Part shown: positions 28,931-37,432 of the stretch, in pieces
Layout of the letters: each line of letters opens with the position of its first letter
Numbering within the stretch: position 1 is the first letter of the stretch
NCBI GenBank assembly: GCA_030426285.1
Contig: JAUHYX010000002.1
Coordinates: forward strand, 1 to 38,628
Length of the DNA: 38,628 nt
Reading direction: 5' to 3'
Source of the DNA: a bacterium
Lineage (GTDB): Bacteria > Bacteroidota > Ignavibacteria > Kapaibacteriales > UBA7675
Program-made: the position numbers and the translations under genes
Notes under the pieces: model-generated
Told to the model about the DNA's origin: nothing
What the model saw: only the letters and a program-made list of their open reading frames with translations
Databases searched by the model: none

Positions 28931-29227
28931 TTACTTCTTCTTACCCGCAACAAGGTCTTTCAACCCTTTTCCGGCAGTAAATTTTGGAACCTTGCGAGCC
29001 GGTATCTTAATCGCTTCACCAGTACGTGGATTTTTTCCAGTACGGGCTGCTCGATCAGAAACAGAAAATGAGCCAAACCCAATCAAAGAGACAGAACCGC
29101 CTGTTTTGAGTGTAGTCTGAATTGCGTCAATCGTTGCGTTAAGTGCGCGTTCCGCCTGTGCCTTTGACAGGTCGGCTCCGCCGGCGATCGCTTCCACCAG
29201 GGAACCTTTATTCAGGTTTTCAGCCAT
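28931..29227 (-). CDS. hup: HU family DNA-binding protein
   Basis: Product is 98 aa and contains [38 protein letters not shown]. It has a strong SD site (GAGGTGA) and its own terminator. Confidence 0.95.
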   Translation of the reverse strand: MAENLNKGSLVEAIAGGADLSKAQAERALNATIDAIQTTLKTGGSVSLIGFGSFSVSDRAARTGKNPRTGEAIKIPARKVPKFTAGKGLKDLVAGKKK

Positions 29228-29279
29228 CAGGAATCACCTCACGTTTGTTTTGTTGAAAGAATTGTTTGTTAGACGACCT

Positions 29280-29310
29280 GAATTTATATCCAGATTGTAC
29301 TTGGTGCAAG
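29280..29310 (-). promoter_or_regulatory. Candidate sigma70-type promoter for hup
   Basis: On the minus strand, TTGCAC (29309-29304) is followed by a 17-nt spacer and then TAAATT (29286-29281), about 55 nt upstream of the ATG. This rests on pattern match only. Confidence 0.3.
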
Positions 29311-29383
29311 AAGTTTTTATTAACAAATGTCCATTTTATGCGGATTCTGACACTTTTTCTACCGTTTTGTAACAAATAACCAC

Positions 29384-30427
29384 TTAAAAGTACTCCATAA
29401 GCAGCGGAAGGGCCTGTACACCACCTAGACATGCGTGGAAACACAATGCTGCTAAAACAACAGCCACAACATCGTCCGTCATTGTTGAAGCCGGTGAAGA
29501 CTTGTCGTCCGCAAGGTACACAGGCCATGGCTTTACGATGTCAAAAAGGCGAAAAAGACCGAATGCCAACCCGTACCACAACAATGTGTGCGGTATGAAC
29601 GGCGATGCAAACAGTAGCATCATTGCAGCAAATTCATCCAGCACAAAACTGGAATTATCGTGGCCAAAACTGCGTTCGTAAGATGCAGCTATAGCGTAGC
29701 CGACAATAAGTGCTGCAAGTCCGATTAATGCATTTATGAGCCAATCGTCAACAAACCATGCTACGCCCATCGCTGCTAGCGATGCAAATGTTCCAGGAGC
29801 TGGAGGCAAAAAGCCGACGCCACCCAATGAACCAGCAGAAAGCGTTGCCGGGGAAACTTTGGCCGAATCCGCGTGCGTGCTGTAGTGCTTGAGGAGTAAT
29901 CCACGATTTACGACAGTATAATGTACGCCGGATAAGAATGTATATGCTGCAACCCCGATGGTTCCATACCACACGGCGTCAATGAGGAACAATGATTTTC
30001 CCTGCCAACTAAGTACGGCGAGTGCAACAAAAATGAAGGTCATTTGTGTTGCAGTCTTCAGTTTAGCTACGCGGCTCGTTTCAAGTGGTTCATGTACCAA
30101 ATCAGCCCAATTTCTCAACCATGTCACATATATATCGCGAAACACGATAAGCAGTACCGCCCACCATGGCGCATAACCATCCCATGCGAGAGCGGCAAAA
30201 GACAATGTCGTCAAGACCTTGTCTGCCAATGGGTCAAACCATCTACCTGTATCCGACTCAGCATTTAAACGGCGTGCCAGCCAACCATCAAGCCAATCCG
30301 TCCACCCCGCCACAAAAAATGCTACCAAGGCCGCTTCGAATTCCTCAATAACAAAGAGGTACAAGAATAGCGGCGCAAGCACAATGCGCAAAGTTGAAAC
30401 AAGATTTGGCCAGATATTGTTGTCCAC
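29384..30427 (-). CDS. Fusion protein: CDP-alcohol phosphatidyltransferase (PgsA-like) joined to phosphatidylglycerophosphatase A (PgpA)
   Basis: The N-terminal half carries the full DwlDGwlAR-x8-G-x3-D-x3-D motif (TDWLDGWLARRLNAESDTGRWFDPLADK). The C-terminal half is colinear with PgpA: GGVGFLPPAPGTFASLAA, HDNSSFVLDEFAAMM, FRLFDIVKPWPV and TMTDDVVAVV. The GTG start directly abuts the tpiA stop (TAAGTG). Confidence 0.85.
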   Translation of the reverse strand: MDNNIWPNLVSTLRIVLAPLFLYLFVIEEFEAALVAFFVAGWTDWLDGWLARRLNAESDTGRWFDPLADKVLTTLSFAALAWDGYAPWWAVLLIVFRDIYVTWLRNWADLVHEPLETSRVAKLKTATQMTFIFVALAVLSWQGKSLFLIDAVWYGTIGVAAYTFLSGVHYTVVNRGLLLKHYSTHADSAKVSPATLSAGSLGGVGFLPPAPGTFASLAAMGVAWFVDDWLINALIGLAALIVGYAIAASYERSFGHDNSSFVLDEFAAMMLLFASPFIPHTLLWYGLAFGLFRLFDIVKPWPVYLADDKSSPASTMTDDVVAVVLAALCFHACLGGVQALPLLMEYF

Positions 30428-31192
30428 TTACTTCTGTAATTCCTTCGCAGTTCCGACAATTGATGCAAAGGCATCTGGTTTAAGGCTTGCACCACCTATG
30501 AGTCCACCATTGACATGTTCTACAGCCAATATCTTGGCAGCATTGTCTGCGTTCAAGCTTCCACCATACAGAATCTTTATCGTGTTGGCGGTCGCGCCGA
30601 ACATACCCACAAGCTCTGTGCGAACCACGGCGTGTGACTCTCTGATCTGTTCAGGTGTTGCGGCTTGCTGTCCAATTGCCCAGACTGGTTCATAGGCAAT
30701 GATGATATTGCCACAATCGGTCACACCGTGCAACCCCTGCTTTATTTGTTGCTGCAATGTCTCCTTCATCTCACCATTTGCACGTTGCTCTGCAGTTTCT
30801 CCTATACAGTACACAGCCGTCAATTTTTGGCGCAGCGCAGATAGTATTTTCGCATTGCACAATGCATTTGTCTCGCCTTGATACTGACGTCGTTCAGAAT
30901 GACCAACGAGTACATGTGAGCAGCCCGATTCCTGAATAGCTACTGCCGACACCTGTCCAGTAAATGCGCCGCTATCTTCGTGAGAACAGTCCTGAGCGCC
31001 ACACTGAATTCCCGACGTACCAATTCCAGAAACAACCGCTGGGATTGAGAGAAACGGCGGACATACGAGCACCTCAACGTCTTGTGTTGCTTGAATGCCT
31101 GACTCAATGAGGGTACTGATGAGGTTTGCAGCTTCTGAAGGAGTCGTATTCATCTTCCAGTTGCCGGCGATTACGTAAGGTGTCTTTTTCAT
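30428..31192 (-). CDS. tpiA: Triosephosphate isomerase
   Basis: Contains IAGNWKMN, VGHSERR, AYEPVWAIG and YGGS. Confidence 0.95.
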   Translation of the reverse strand: MKKTPYVIAGNWKMNTTPSEAANLISTLIESGIQATQDVEVLVCPPFLSIPAVVSGIGTSGIQCGAQDCSHEDSGAFTGQVSAVAIQESGCSHVLVGHSERRQYQGETNALCNAKILSALRQKLTAVYCIGETAEQRANGEMKETLQQQIKQGLHGVTDCGNIIIAYEPVWAIGQQAATPEQIRESHAVVRTELVGMFGATANTIKILYGGSLNADNAAKILAVEHVNGGLIGGASLKPDAFASIVGTAKELQK

Positions 31193-31216
31193 TGCGTATA
31201 CACGTTCTCTAGTTGT

Positions 31217-31741
31217 TCATTGTTGAATCGTATGGGTACCGGTAACTTTGTATACTGAATACTCAGTCAAGCGTTCGGTAGCTTGAAAGCCAACCCCTAC
31301 TATTCGTTGATGGGGTGTGCGTATTTCAACTGGTGCATCAGACGTAAACAATTTGTCTACGTTGGACCAGTGAATCTTGTCTGTAGAAATCTTTCGGTCT
31401 GTTCCTGTCACAACAACATCGCCAAATGCCGTCATGTCTTTTGTCTTGTCGTTGATAACTGCACTATCGGCAACCAACACGGTGGTGTCTCCTTCATTCG
31501 GAATCACAAGCCTAAATCCACCTGAGAGCAATGTACGGGCTTGCGGTTCGAAAATCTTAGCTTTCGTTGCCGTAAGCTGTGCGCGCAACGAACCCGAATC
31601 GCGAAATTCAGTATGAACTTCCCAGACCTCGTGTGTTGGCCATTCTTCTGCATCCTTCTCTATAACTGGTGAGTGCACTTGCGGTTCATTGTTGCTGCCA
31701 CACCCAATAAGAGCACAACCAAGTAATATGTATGCAAACAT
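31217..31741 (-). CDS. lptC: LPS export system protein LptC (lipoprotein form)
   Basis: Has a lipobox (ALIGC) and an OstA/LptC-like beta-jellyroll pattern (LTATKAKIFE...VVVTGTDRKISTDKIHWSNVDKLFTSDAPVEIRTP...GVGF). It lies directly downstream of kdsA. I preferred the ATG at 31741, though the ORF-track TTG at 31750 would overlap the kdsA stop as TTGA. Confidence 0.7.
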   Translation of the reverse strand: MFAYILLGCALIGCGSNNEPQVHSPVIEKDAEEWPTHEVWEVHTEFRDSGSLRAQLTATKAKIFEPQARTLLSGGFRLVIPNEGDTTVLVADSAVINDKTKDMTAFGDVVVTGTDRKISTDKIHWSNVDKLFTSDAPVEIRTPHQRIVGVGFQATERLTEYSVYKVTGTHTIQQ

Positions 31742-31746
31742 CAACT

Positions 31747-32304
31747 TCAAATAGTATCTCCACCCTGCACCGCATCTCGCACTCGCAGGAGGTCTTCTAC
31801 AAATCCGGTAAACTCGTGCAACGGAATTTGTGTTGCTTTGTCGCTCTTGGCATGTTTTGGATCTGGATGTGTTTCGGCAAAAACACCATCACAACCTGCT
31901 GCTACAGCTGCTCTTGCGAGCGGCAAACAGTATTGTCTATCGCCTCCAGATTCAGTCCCGATACTCGGACGCTGCAACGAATGCGTTGCGTCGTATACCA
32001 CCAGACAGCCAGTTTGAGACATAATTGGCAGTGAGCGCATGTCGACAACCAAATTGTGGTATCCAAAGAATGTACCTCGTTCTGTCAGCCACACGTCATT
32101 GTCACCTTGTGATCTAATTTTTTCCACAGCCTTTTGCATGTCTTCCGGTGCCATGAACTGGCCTTTTTTCACATTAATTGTCTTGCCTGTCGCGGCCGCA
32201 GCCAGCAGCAAATCTGTTTGCCGAGCCAAAAAGGCAGGAATCTGTAGGACGTCCACATATTGAGAGGCCATGTCTGCGTCGGCAACCTCGTGGATGTCAG
32301 ACAT
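31747..32304 (-). CDS. kdsA: 3-deoxy-8-phosphooctulonate synthase (KdsA), C-terminal fragment of 185 aa
   Basis: Contains [43 protein letters not shown] and [12 protein letters not shown], all canonical KdsA. It starts at an ATG created inside the 54-nt insert, and it is in the same reading frame as the N-terminal fragment. Confidence 0.85.
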   Translation of the reverse strand: MSDIHEVADADMASQYVDVLQIPAFLARQTDLLLAAAATGKTINVKKGQFMAPEDMQKAVEKIRSQGDNDVWLTERGTFFGYHNLVVDMRSLPIMSQTGCLVVYDATHSLQRPSIGTESGGDRQYCLPLARAAVAAGCDGVFAETHPDPKHAKSDKATQIPLHEFTGFVEDLLRVRDAVQGGDTI

Positions 32305-32354
32305 GGCCTCTCAATATGAGGCCATGTCTGCGTCGGCAACCTCGTGGATGTCAG
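32257..32354. repeat. Duplication-inversion inside kdsA: a 37-nt direct repeat (32264-32300 = 32318-32354) separated by a 17-nt segment (32301-32317) that is the exact reverse complement of 32257-32273
   Basis: Read directly from the sequence. atattgagaggccatgt / ctgcgtcggcaacctcgtggatgtcag / acatggcctctcaatat / gaggccatgtctgcgtcggcaacctcgtggatgtcag. All matches are perfect. Confidence 0.95.
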
Positions 32355-32610
32355 TTAGCGTCGGCAGACCAAACTCTGCACCAACATCTCGAATAATTGT
32401 TAGAGCTTTTTCGGTGCCTATAGTGGTAAAGCTGTCTATCGAACTTCGGTTTGCCTTCTTAAAGCTACCTTTGAGATACACTGTTAGCTTGTGTTGCTGT
32501 TGTATGGTTGCTACCACTTCTGCCACTTGTTGCATTTGATCTTTTGATTCAATCAAACACGGTCCGGCAATAAGGAACAGCGCAGACTCAGGTATGTGTG
32601 TGTTTTTCAT
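32311..32610 (-). CDS. kdsA: 3-deoxy-8-phosphooctulonate synthase (KdsA), N-terminal fragment of 99 aa ending at an insert-borne TGA
   Basis: The sequence MKNTHIPESALFLIAGPCLIESKD...LKGSFKKANRSSIDSF...[16 protein letters not shown]-stop is colinear with the KdsA N-terminus. I chose the ATG at 32610. The Cys-rich 60-aa extension in the ORF track (up to 32790) has no KdsA counterpart and runs into the ftsK start. Confidence 0.85.
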   Translation of the reverse strand: MKNTHIPESALFLIAGPCLIESKDQMQQVAEVVATIQQQHKLTVYLKGSFKKANRSSIDSFTTIGTEKALTIIRDVGAEFGLPTLTDIHEVADADMASY

Positions 32611-32776
32611 GCTGCAAAAATACGAAAATGGACCTGTTTTCACGTGTGCTGCACACACTCTTTTTTGAGCTTCGTTTGCAACACTACAAGCATGCAATGT
32701 ATATTGAGGGTGCAGCATAGTGTCCACACAAGGACATCTCCAACAACAACCGAAGATTGCTTCAAAGGTGAAATTA

Positions 32777-35620
32777 ATGTCAGATTCCACCTCCCGCGAC
32801 GTGCGTATTCGCCGGGAAAAAATAGGCCAAAAACGTCGACGACCTCGTACACAACAGGGTGATGTCAGCTCTAAGTCTCCACGTGAACAACGCGAACAAG
32901 CACCACAATCTGATGCACAATTCTCGTCTGATTCAACGTCGACATCCTCAACGCATCATCATTCAACAAAAATAAAGGTTGCAGCATCCCTCTTTGGTGT
33001 GTTTTGTTTTCTTGTGTTACTCGCATTTGTGAGCTACACGCCATTTGACGAAGCTTCTGCCTCTGTGTCATTTTCTGACTTTTTAGGGTTGCTAACTGCA
33101 GACGAGTCGGTTCGTGCACGTGCCGATGTTACTCACAACTGGCTCGGTTTGCTCGGTGCTGTGATATCGCATTTCTTTTACAACAATACCGTTGGTTATA
33201 TATCACTTTGCTTCCCCATTGTTGGACTACTTTGGTCGTACCGTTTGTTCACAAGCGGTGTGTCGCGACGGTTGATTCGCAATACCGGTTATATGGTTGT
33301 AGGGTCGATTTTGTTAGCGGCTCTCATCGGGACAACACAACGCATAGATTGGCTGTTTGAGCTTGCGCCTGAATGGTCTGGTGCGATCGGACAATTTCTC
33401 AGCGAAGTTATCTCGGGACTGATAGGTACAATAGGCTCTTTTCTTTTGTTTTCTGCAGGCCTTGTTCTCATTGTGATGTACGGATTTGAGTACGACAAGC
33501 AACAGGTCATTGCTCGTGCTAGAATTGTACAAGCTCATATGCTGCAACTCTGGCGCAAGGTGATTGCTATGGTGCAAGACATCACACGCGAGACAAAACA
33601 GTCTATAAATGATAGTGAAGATGTGTCTGACGAGGATGCTTCGCAGGACGAAGAACGTCAATTTGCAGAACACCAAGCTGCGCCAGAACCGCCGATTTCG
33701 AGAAGACCGGTTGACGAGGATGAACCTGCGACGATGCTGAGGCAACATTCAACTCCTGTTGAAACGCAAGCTCAACCATCTGAAACTCAAGCTCCAGTAG
33801 CTCAGCCGGCACAACAACCCTCTTCTTCCATTGCTGCGCGGATTGTTCGTAGACAAGAAGAACAAGAAAAGACAGCCGCACCTCCGACAATTGAAAACAG
33901 TATTGCGCAGACACAAGGATTTGATGAACAAGAAGATACATCTTCGGAATCAGATTCACATTCATATACGCAAGCACCAACACCAAAGCCCAAGGTGAAT
34001 GAGCAGTCAACTTCTGACACTCAGTCAACTCCACAAGTAGAAGAACATGAAGAACCGGCACTGACTCTCACTGTGCAAGAACGCGACGAGGAAGAGAAGG
34101 TGCAGCATCGCCCAGACGCAGCCAATGCGGAGCTCGATGAAGAGATCATGTACACTCCGCCAACGCTGCAGTTGCTCAAACCAGATGAGCAGCTGAATGT
34201 TCTTTCGGATGAAGAGCTTGAACGCAATGCCACTATTCTGCAGGAAAAGTTGCGCACGTTTAAGATCGAAATCACGGATGTAACGGTAACACCTGGCCCT
34301 GTAGTTACGCAGTATGAATTCATTCCTGCAGCTGGAATCAAAGTAAGTCAAATCGAAAATTTAGCAGATGACATTGCCTTGGCTTTGAAAGCTCGTGGCA
34401 TAAGAATTATTGCTCCAGTGCCAGGCAAAGGAACTGTTGCAGTTGAGATACCGAATCACAAGCCGCAATTAGTGCGCTTTTCCGGAATACTGCAATCGCC
34501 GAAGTTTCAAGACAACAAACTCCATTTGCCAATAGCCCTGGGAAAGACTATCAATGGTGAAGTGTTTGTTGACGACTTAGCCAAGATGCCTCACTTGCTC
34601 ATTGCAGGTTCAACTGGTAGCGGTAAGTCTGTTGGTATCAATGCATTAGTGTGCTCGCTGTTGTACAAGATGCATCCGCGCAATATGAAAATGTTGATCA
34701 TTGACCCTAAAAAGGTTGAGATGACGCCATACCGTGCAATCTCTCACCACTTTTTAGCGGTATGCCCAGATATCGATGAAAACATCGTCACAGAGCCAGC
34801 AAATGCAGTCATTGCTCTCAAATCTGTTGAAGCAGAAATGGACCGTCGCTACACAATACTTGCCCATGTTGGTCAGCGCAATGTTGTAGACTACAACAGC
34901 AAGGTACGATCCGGCGCGTACAGAGATGACGACAAATTTGTGCATCAAGAATTACCATTTATTGTTGTTGTTATTGATGAATTGGCAGACTTGATGATGA
35001 CAGCATCAAAGGACGTTGAACCGCCAATTACCCGCCTAGCGCAATTGGCTCGCGCAATTGGCATTCACTTGGTTGTCGCAACACAGCGTCCATCCGTGAA
35101 TGTGATTACAGGACTAATTAAAGCCAACTTCCCAGCGCGGATTGCATACCAGGTTGCTTCAAAGATCGACTCTCGCACTATTTTGGATTCCAATGGCGCT
35201 GAACACTTGCTCGGCAACGGAGATATGCTGTATTTGCCTGGTGGCAGTCCAAAACCAACTCGCATTCAAAACAGTTTTCTCAGTACCGATGAAGTTGAAG
35301 CTATTTGTGACCATATCGGCAATCAAATTGGCTACAGCCAACCGTTTACATTGCCTTCGATAGAGGAAAAATCAGGTGGCGGAGCCGGCGCTATGGCGGC
35401 GGCTGAACGCGATGAGTACTTCGAAGAAGCCGCGCGCCTAGTGGTAGAGCATCAGCAGGGTTCGGTTTCTCTTGTTCAACGCCGACTAAAGGTGGGATAC
35501 TCGCGAGCTGCTCGCATTATCGACCAGCTGGAAGATGCCGGCGTTGTGGGGCCATTTGATGGTTCCAAAGCTCGTGTCGTGTACCCAGAAAGCGTAATGG
35601 AGCTCGAAGGCCTCATTTGA
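32777..35620 (+). CDS. ftsK: DNA translocase FtsK/SpoIIIE
   Basis: Has N-terminal TM helices, a long acidic/Gln-Pro-rich linker, a motor domain with Walker A GSTGSGKS, DELADLMM and ATQRPSV, and a C-terminal gamma winged helix (SVSLVQRRLKVGYSRAARIIDQLE). The ATG at 32777 has an AAGGTGA SD site, whereas the ORF track starts at a GTG at 32720. Confidence 0.93.
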   Translation: MSDSTSRDVRIRREKIGQKRRRPRTQQGDVSSKSPREQREQAPQSDAQFSSDSTSTSSTHHHSTKIKVAASLFGVFCFLVLLAFVSYTPFDEASASVSFSDFLGLLTADESVRARADVTHNWLGLLGAVISHFFYNNTVGYISLCFPIVGLLWSYRLFTSGVSRRLIRNTGYMVVGSILLAALIGTTQRIDWLFELAPEWSGAIGQFLSEVISGLIGTIGSFLLFSAGLVLIVMYGFEYDKQQVIARARIVQAHMLQLWRKVIAMVQDITRETKQSINDSEDVSDEDASQDEERQFAEHQAAPEPPISRRPVDEDEPATMLRQHSTPVETQAQPSETQAPVAQPAQQPSSSIAARIVRRQEEQEKTAAPPTIENSIAQTQGFDEQEDTSSESDSHSYTQAPTPKPKVNEQSTSDTQSTPQVEEHEEPALTLTVQERDEEEKVQHRPDAANAELDEEIMYTPPTLQLLKPDEQLNVLSDEELERNATILQEKLRTFKIEITDVTVTPGPVVTQYEFIPAAGIKVSQIENLADDIALALKARGIRIIAPVPGKGTVAVEIPNHKPQLVRFSGILQSPKFQDNKLHLPIALGKTINGEVFVDDLAKMPHLLIAGSTGSGKSVGINALVCSLLYKMHPRNMKMLIIDPKKVEMTPYRAISHHFLAVCPDIDENIVTEPANAVIALKSVEAEMDRRYTILAHVGQRNVVDYNSKVRSGAYRDDDKFVHQELPFIVVVIDELADLMMTASKDVEPPITRLAQLARAIGIHLVVATQRPSVNVITGLIKANFPARIAYQVASKIDSRTILDSNGAEHLLGNGDMLYLPGGSPKPTRIQNSFLSTDEVEAICDHIGNQIGYSQPFTLPSIEEKSGGGAGAMAAAERDEYFEEAARLVVEHQQGSVSLVQRRLKVGYSRAARIIDQLEDAGVVGPFDGSKARVVYPESVMELEGLI

Positions 35621-35677
35621 TTCCAATGAAGACATTCCAGTTGTAGTTCGAACTGAGATTTCTCTGTATCTTTGAAT

Positions 35678-37408
35678 ATGATAACCGCACTTGAAATTTC
35701 TGGCTTTGACATTGTACCGCACTTGTCGCTGACATTCCAACACGGCATGTATGCTATTACTGGAGAGACCGGATCCGGTAAGTCCGTTCTTATCGGTGCC
35801 TTGCAGAGCTTGCGCGACTCCTCAAAACGGCCAGGTAACGTTCTTGACACAGCCACAAAAGCCTTTGTTGAAGCACACTTCGAGATTGAAAAAGAACGCG
35901 TCCCTGCCTTCCTTCAGTCTGAACTCAGCTGGCAAGACAACCGCGAAGAGCACATCCAACCTCAACTTACATGCATTATTCGTCGAGAATTTTCAGCCTC
36001 AGGTCGTTCAAGAGTCTTCCTCAACGATTCTCCTAGTACAGCAGAAGTTGTAGCCGACTTGTGCTCCCTCCTGTTTGATATACACGGCCAACACGATACG
36101 CAAACGTTGGTTCGAGCCGACGAGCAATTGCGTGTTGTTGACTTGTTTGTGGATGAAGCATTAAAAACTGCATATAGTCGAGAATACAAGCAGTTGCTTG
36201 AAGAAAAAAAGACACTTGACAGCCTCCTAGAAAGACGGACACTTGTTGCTCGGGATCGTGAATTCAAGGAGTTTCAGCTTGCAGAAATTGAAAAAGTTCA
36301 ACCACAAGAAGGTGAACTCGAAGAACTCGAGGCGGAAATTCGAAAGTCAGAATCAATAGAGCGCATCCAAACTGCATTACATGCATCAATTGACCATGTA
36401 CAAGATTCAGACAGCAGCGCGCTGTATCATGTTTCAGAGACGCTGAAACACATTGGAGTGCTCCAGCAGTACTATCCAGAACTTGAGAGCACAAAAGAAG
36501 AACTCACGTCTGTAAATGTCATTTTACAAGAAGCTTCGCGCACGTTTATGTCAATCGATGTTGAGTCACTCAGCGAACAAGAGCTCGAGGAATCAAGAGG
36601 TAGGTTTGTAGAACTACGTGCGCTCTATAAAAAGTATGGCGGAGAACAAGCAACTCTTGAGTTGTATCAAGAATTGAAAGCCGAGATACTTGACAGTTCT
36701 TCAATAGACGAGCAAATACAAGCCACCGAAGAGCATTTTCGCAAACACCGCGATTCATGTCTACGCGTCGCAGAACAATTGCATATACAACGACAGCAGT
36801 GTGCAGTGGACCTCAGTGCAGATGTATCAGCAACACTGTCTGAACTCGGCATGCCAAATGCAACATTTACCGTCAACGTCGAGATGCGAACAGCAACACA
36901 GCACGACATTTCAGTAGAATCGAAAAACAACACTGTTGCACTTACTCCCACTGGTTGTTCGTTTGCCTCATTTCTTTTTGCGCCCTCAAAAGCAGCCACC
37001 CCAATGACGCTGAAAAGCGCTGCATCAGGTGGCGAAATTTCACGTATAATGTTGGCTATCAAGGCCAAGGAAGCGTCTTCACATGCTGTGCCATTGATGA
37101 TTTTTGACGAAATTGACACTGGAATTTCTGGAAAAGTTGCCGCACAAACAGGTCGAGTGCTTCGCCATGTTGCAACTCAAAATCAATTGTTGGTGATTAC
37201 TCATTTGCCACAAATTGCAGCTGCTGCACACCGCAGTATTTCCGTTGAAAAACAAGACCTCGACAATGGTTCTTTTGCAATTTCTGCATGTGAACTTGCG
37301 AGAAAGGATAGAATCTATGAAATTGCGAAATTGATGAGTGCAGAGCATGTCACGGAAGAAACTCTCGAAAGCGCTCAACAGCTCACAGAACAGTATGTAG
37401 AGCAATAG
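35678..37408 (+). CDS. recN: DNA repair protein RecN
   Basis: Contains ITGETGSGKS (Walker A), a long coiled-coil middle region, SGGEISRIMLAIK (signature) and LMIFDEIDTGISG (Walker B). I preferred the ATG at 35678 over the TTG at 35672. Confidence 0.93.
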   Translation: MITALEISGFDIVPHLSLTFQHGMYAITGETGSGKSVLIGALQSLRDSSKRPGNVLDTATKAFVEAHFEIEKERVPAFLQSELSWQDNREEHIQPQLTCIIRREFSASGRSRVFLNDSPSTAEVVADLCSLLFDIHGQHDTQTLVRADEQLRVVDLFVDEALKTAYSREYKQLLEEKKTLDSLLERRTLVARDREFKEFQLAEIEKVQPQEGELEELEAEIRKSESIERIQTALHASIDHVQDSDSSALYHVSETLKHIGVLQQYYPELESTKEELTSVNVILQEASRTFMSIDVESLSEQELEESRGRFVELRALYKKYGGEQATLELYQELKAEILDSSSIDEQIQATEEHFRKHRDSCLRVAEQLHIQRQQCAVDLSADVSATLSELGMPNATFTVNVEMRTATQHDISVESKNNTVALTPTGCSFASFLFAPSKAATPMTLKSAASGGEISRIMLAIKAKEASSHAVPLMIFDEIDTGISGKVAAQTGRVLRHVATQNQLLVITHLPQIAAAAHRSISVEKQDLDNGSFAISACELARKDRIYEIAKLMSAEHVTEETLESAQQLTEQYVEQ

Positions 37409-37432
37409 CGTGATTTTGAGTAGATTCGCACG

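Noticed and set aside
32257-32317. The hairpin right after the in-frame TGA of kdsA as a SECIS element (selenocysteine), or TGA recoding
   Set aside because: The stem is just the inverted-duplication arms with a 27-nt loop and has no SECIS-like apical features. KdsA is not a selenoprotein, and the TGA lies inside inserted sequence. TGA clearly terminates other genes in this window (the UXS gene, the peptidase-MA ORF, ftsK, fabH), so genome-wide TGA reassignment is excluded.
32611-32790. The 60-aa N-terminal extension of the kdsA ORF (MESDINFTFEAIFGCCWRCPCVD...)
   Set aside because: It has no counterpart in KdsA and is Cys-rich and odd in composition. It would also overlap the ftsK start and SD site on the other strand. 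Colinearity with KdsA begins at MKNTHIPESALFLIAGP (ATG at 32610).
33289-34351. A cluster of antisense and out-of-frame ORFs (60-152 aa) inside ftsK
   Set aside because: They lie within the low-complexity acidic/Gln-Pro linker of FtsK, and their translations are low-complexity Ser/Cys/Leu strings. They are shadow ORFs of a strongly supported gene.
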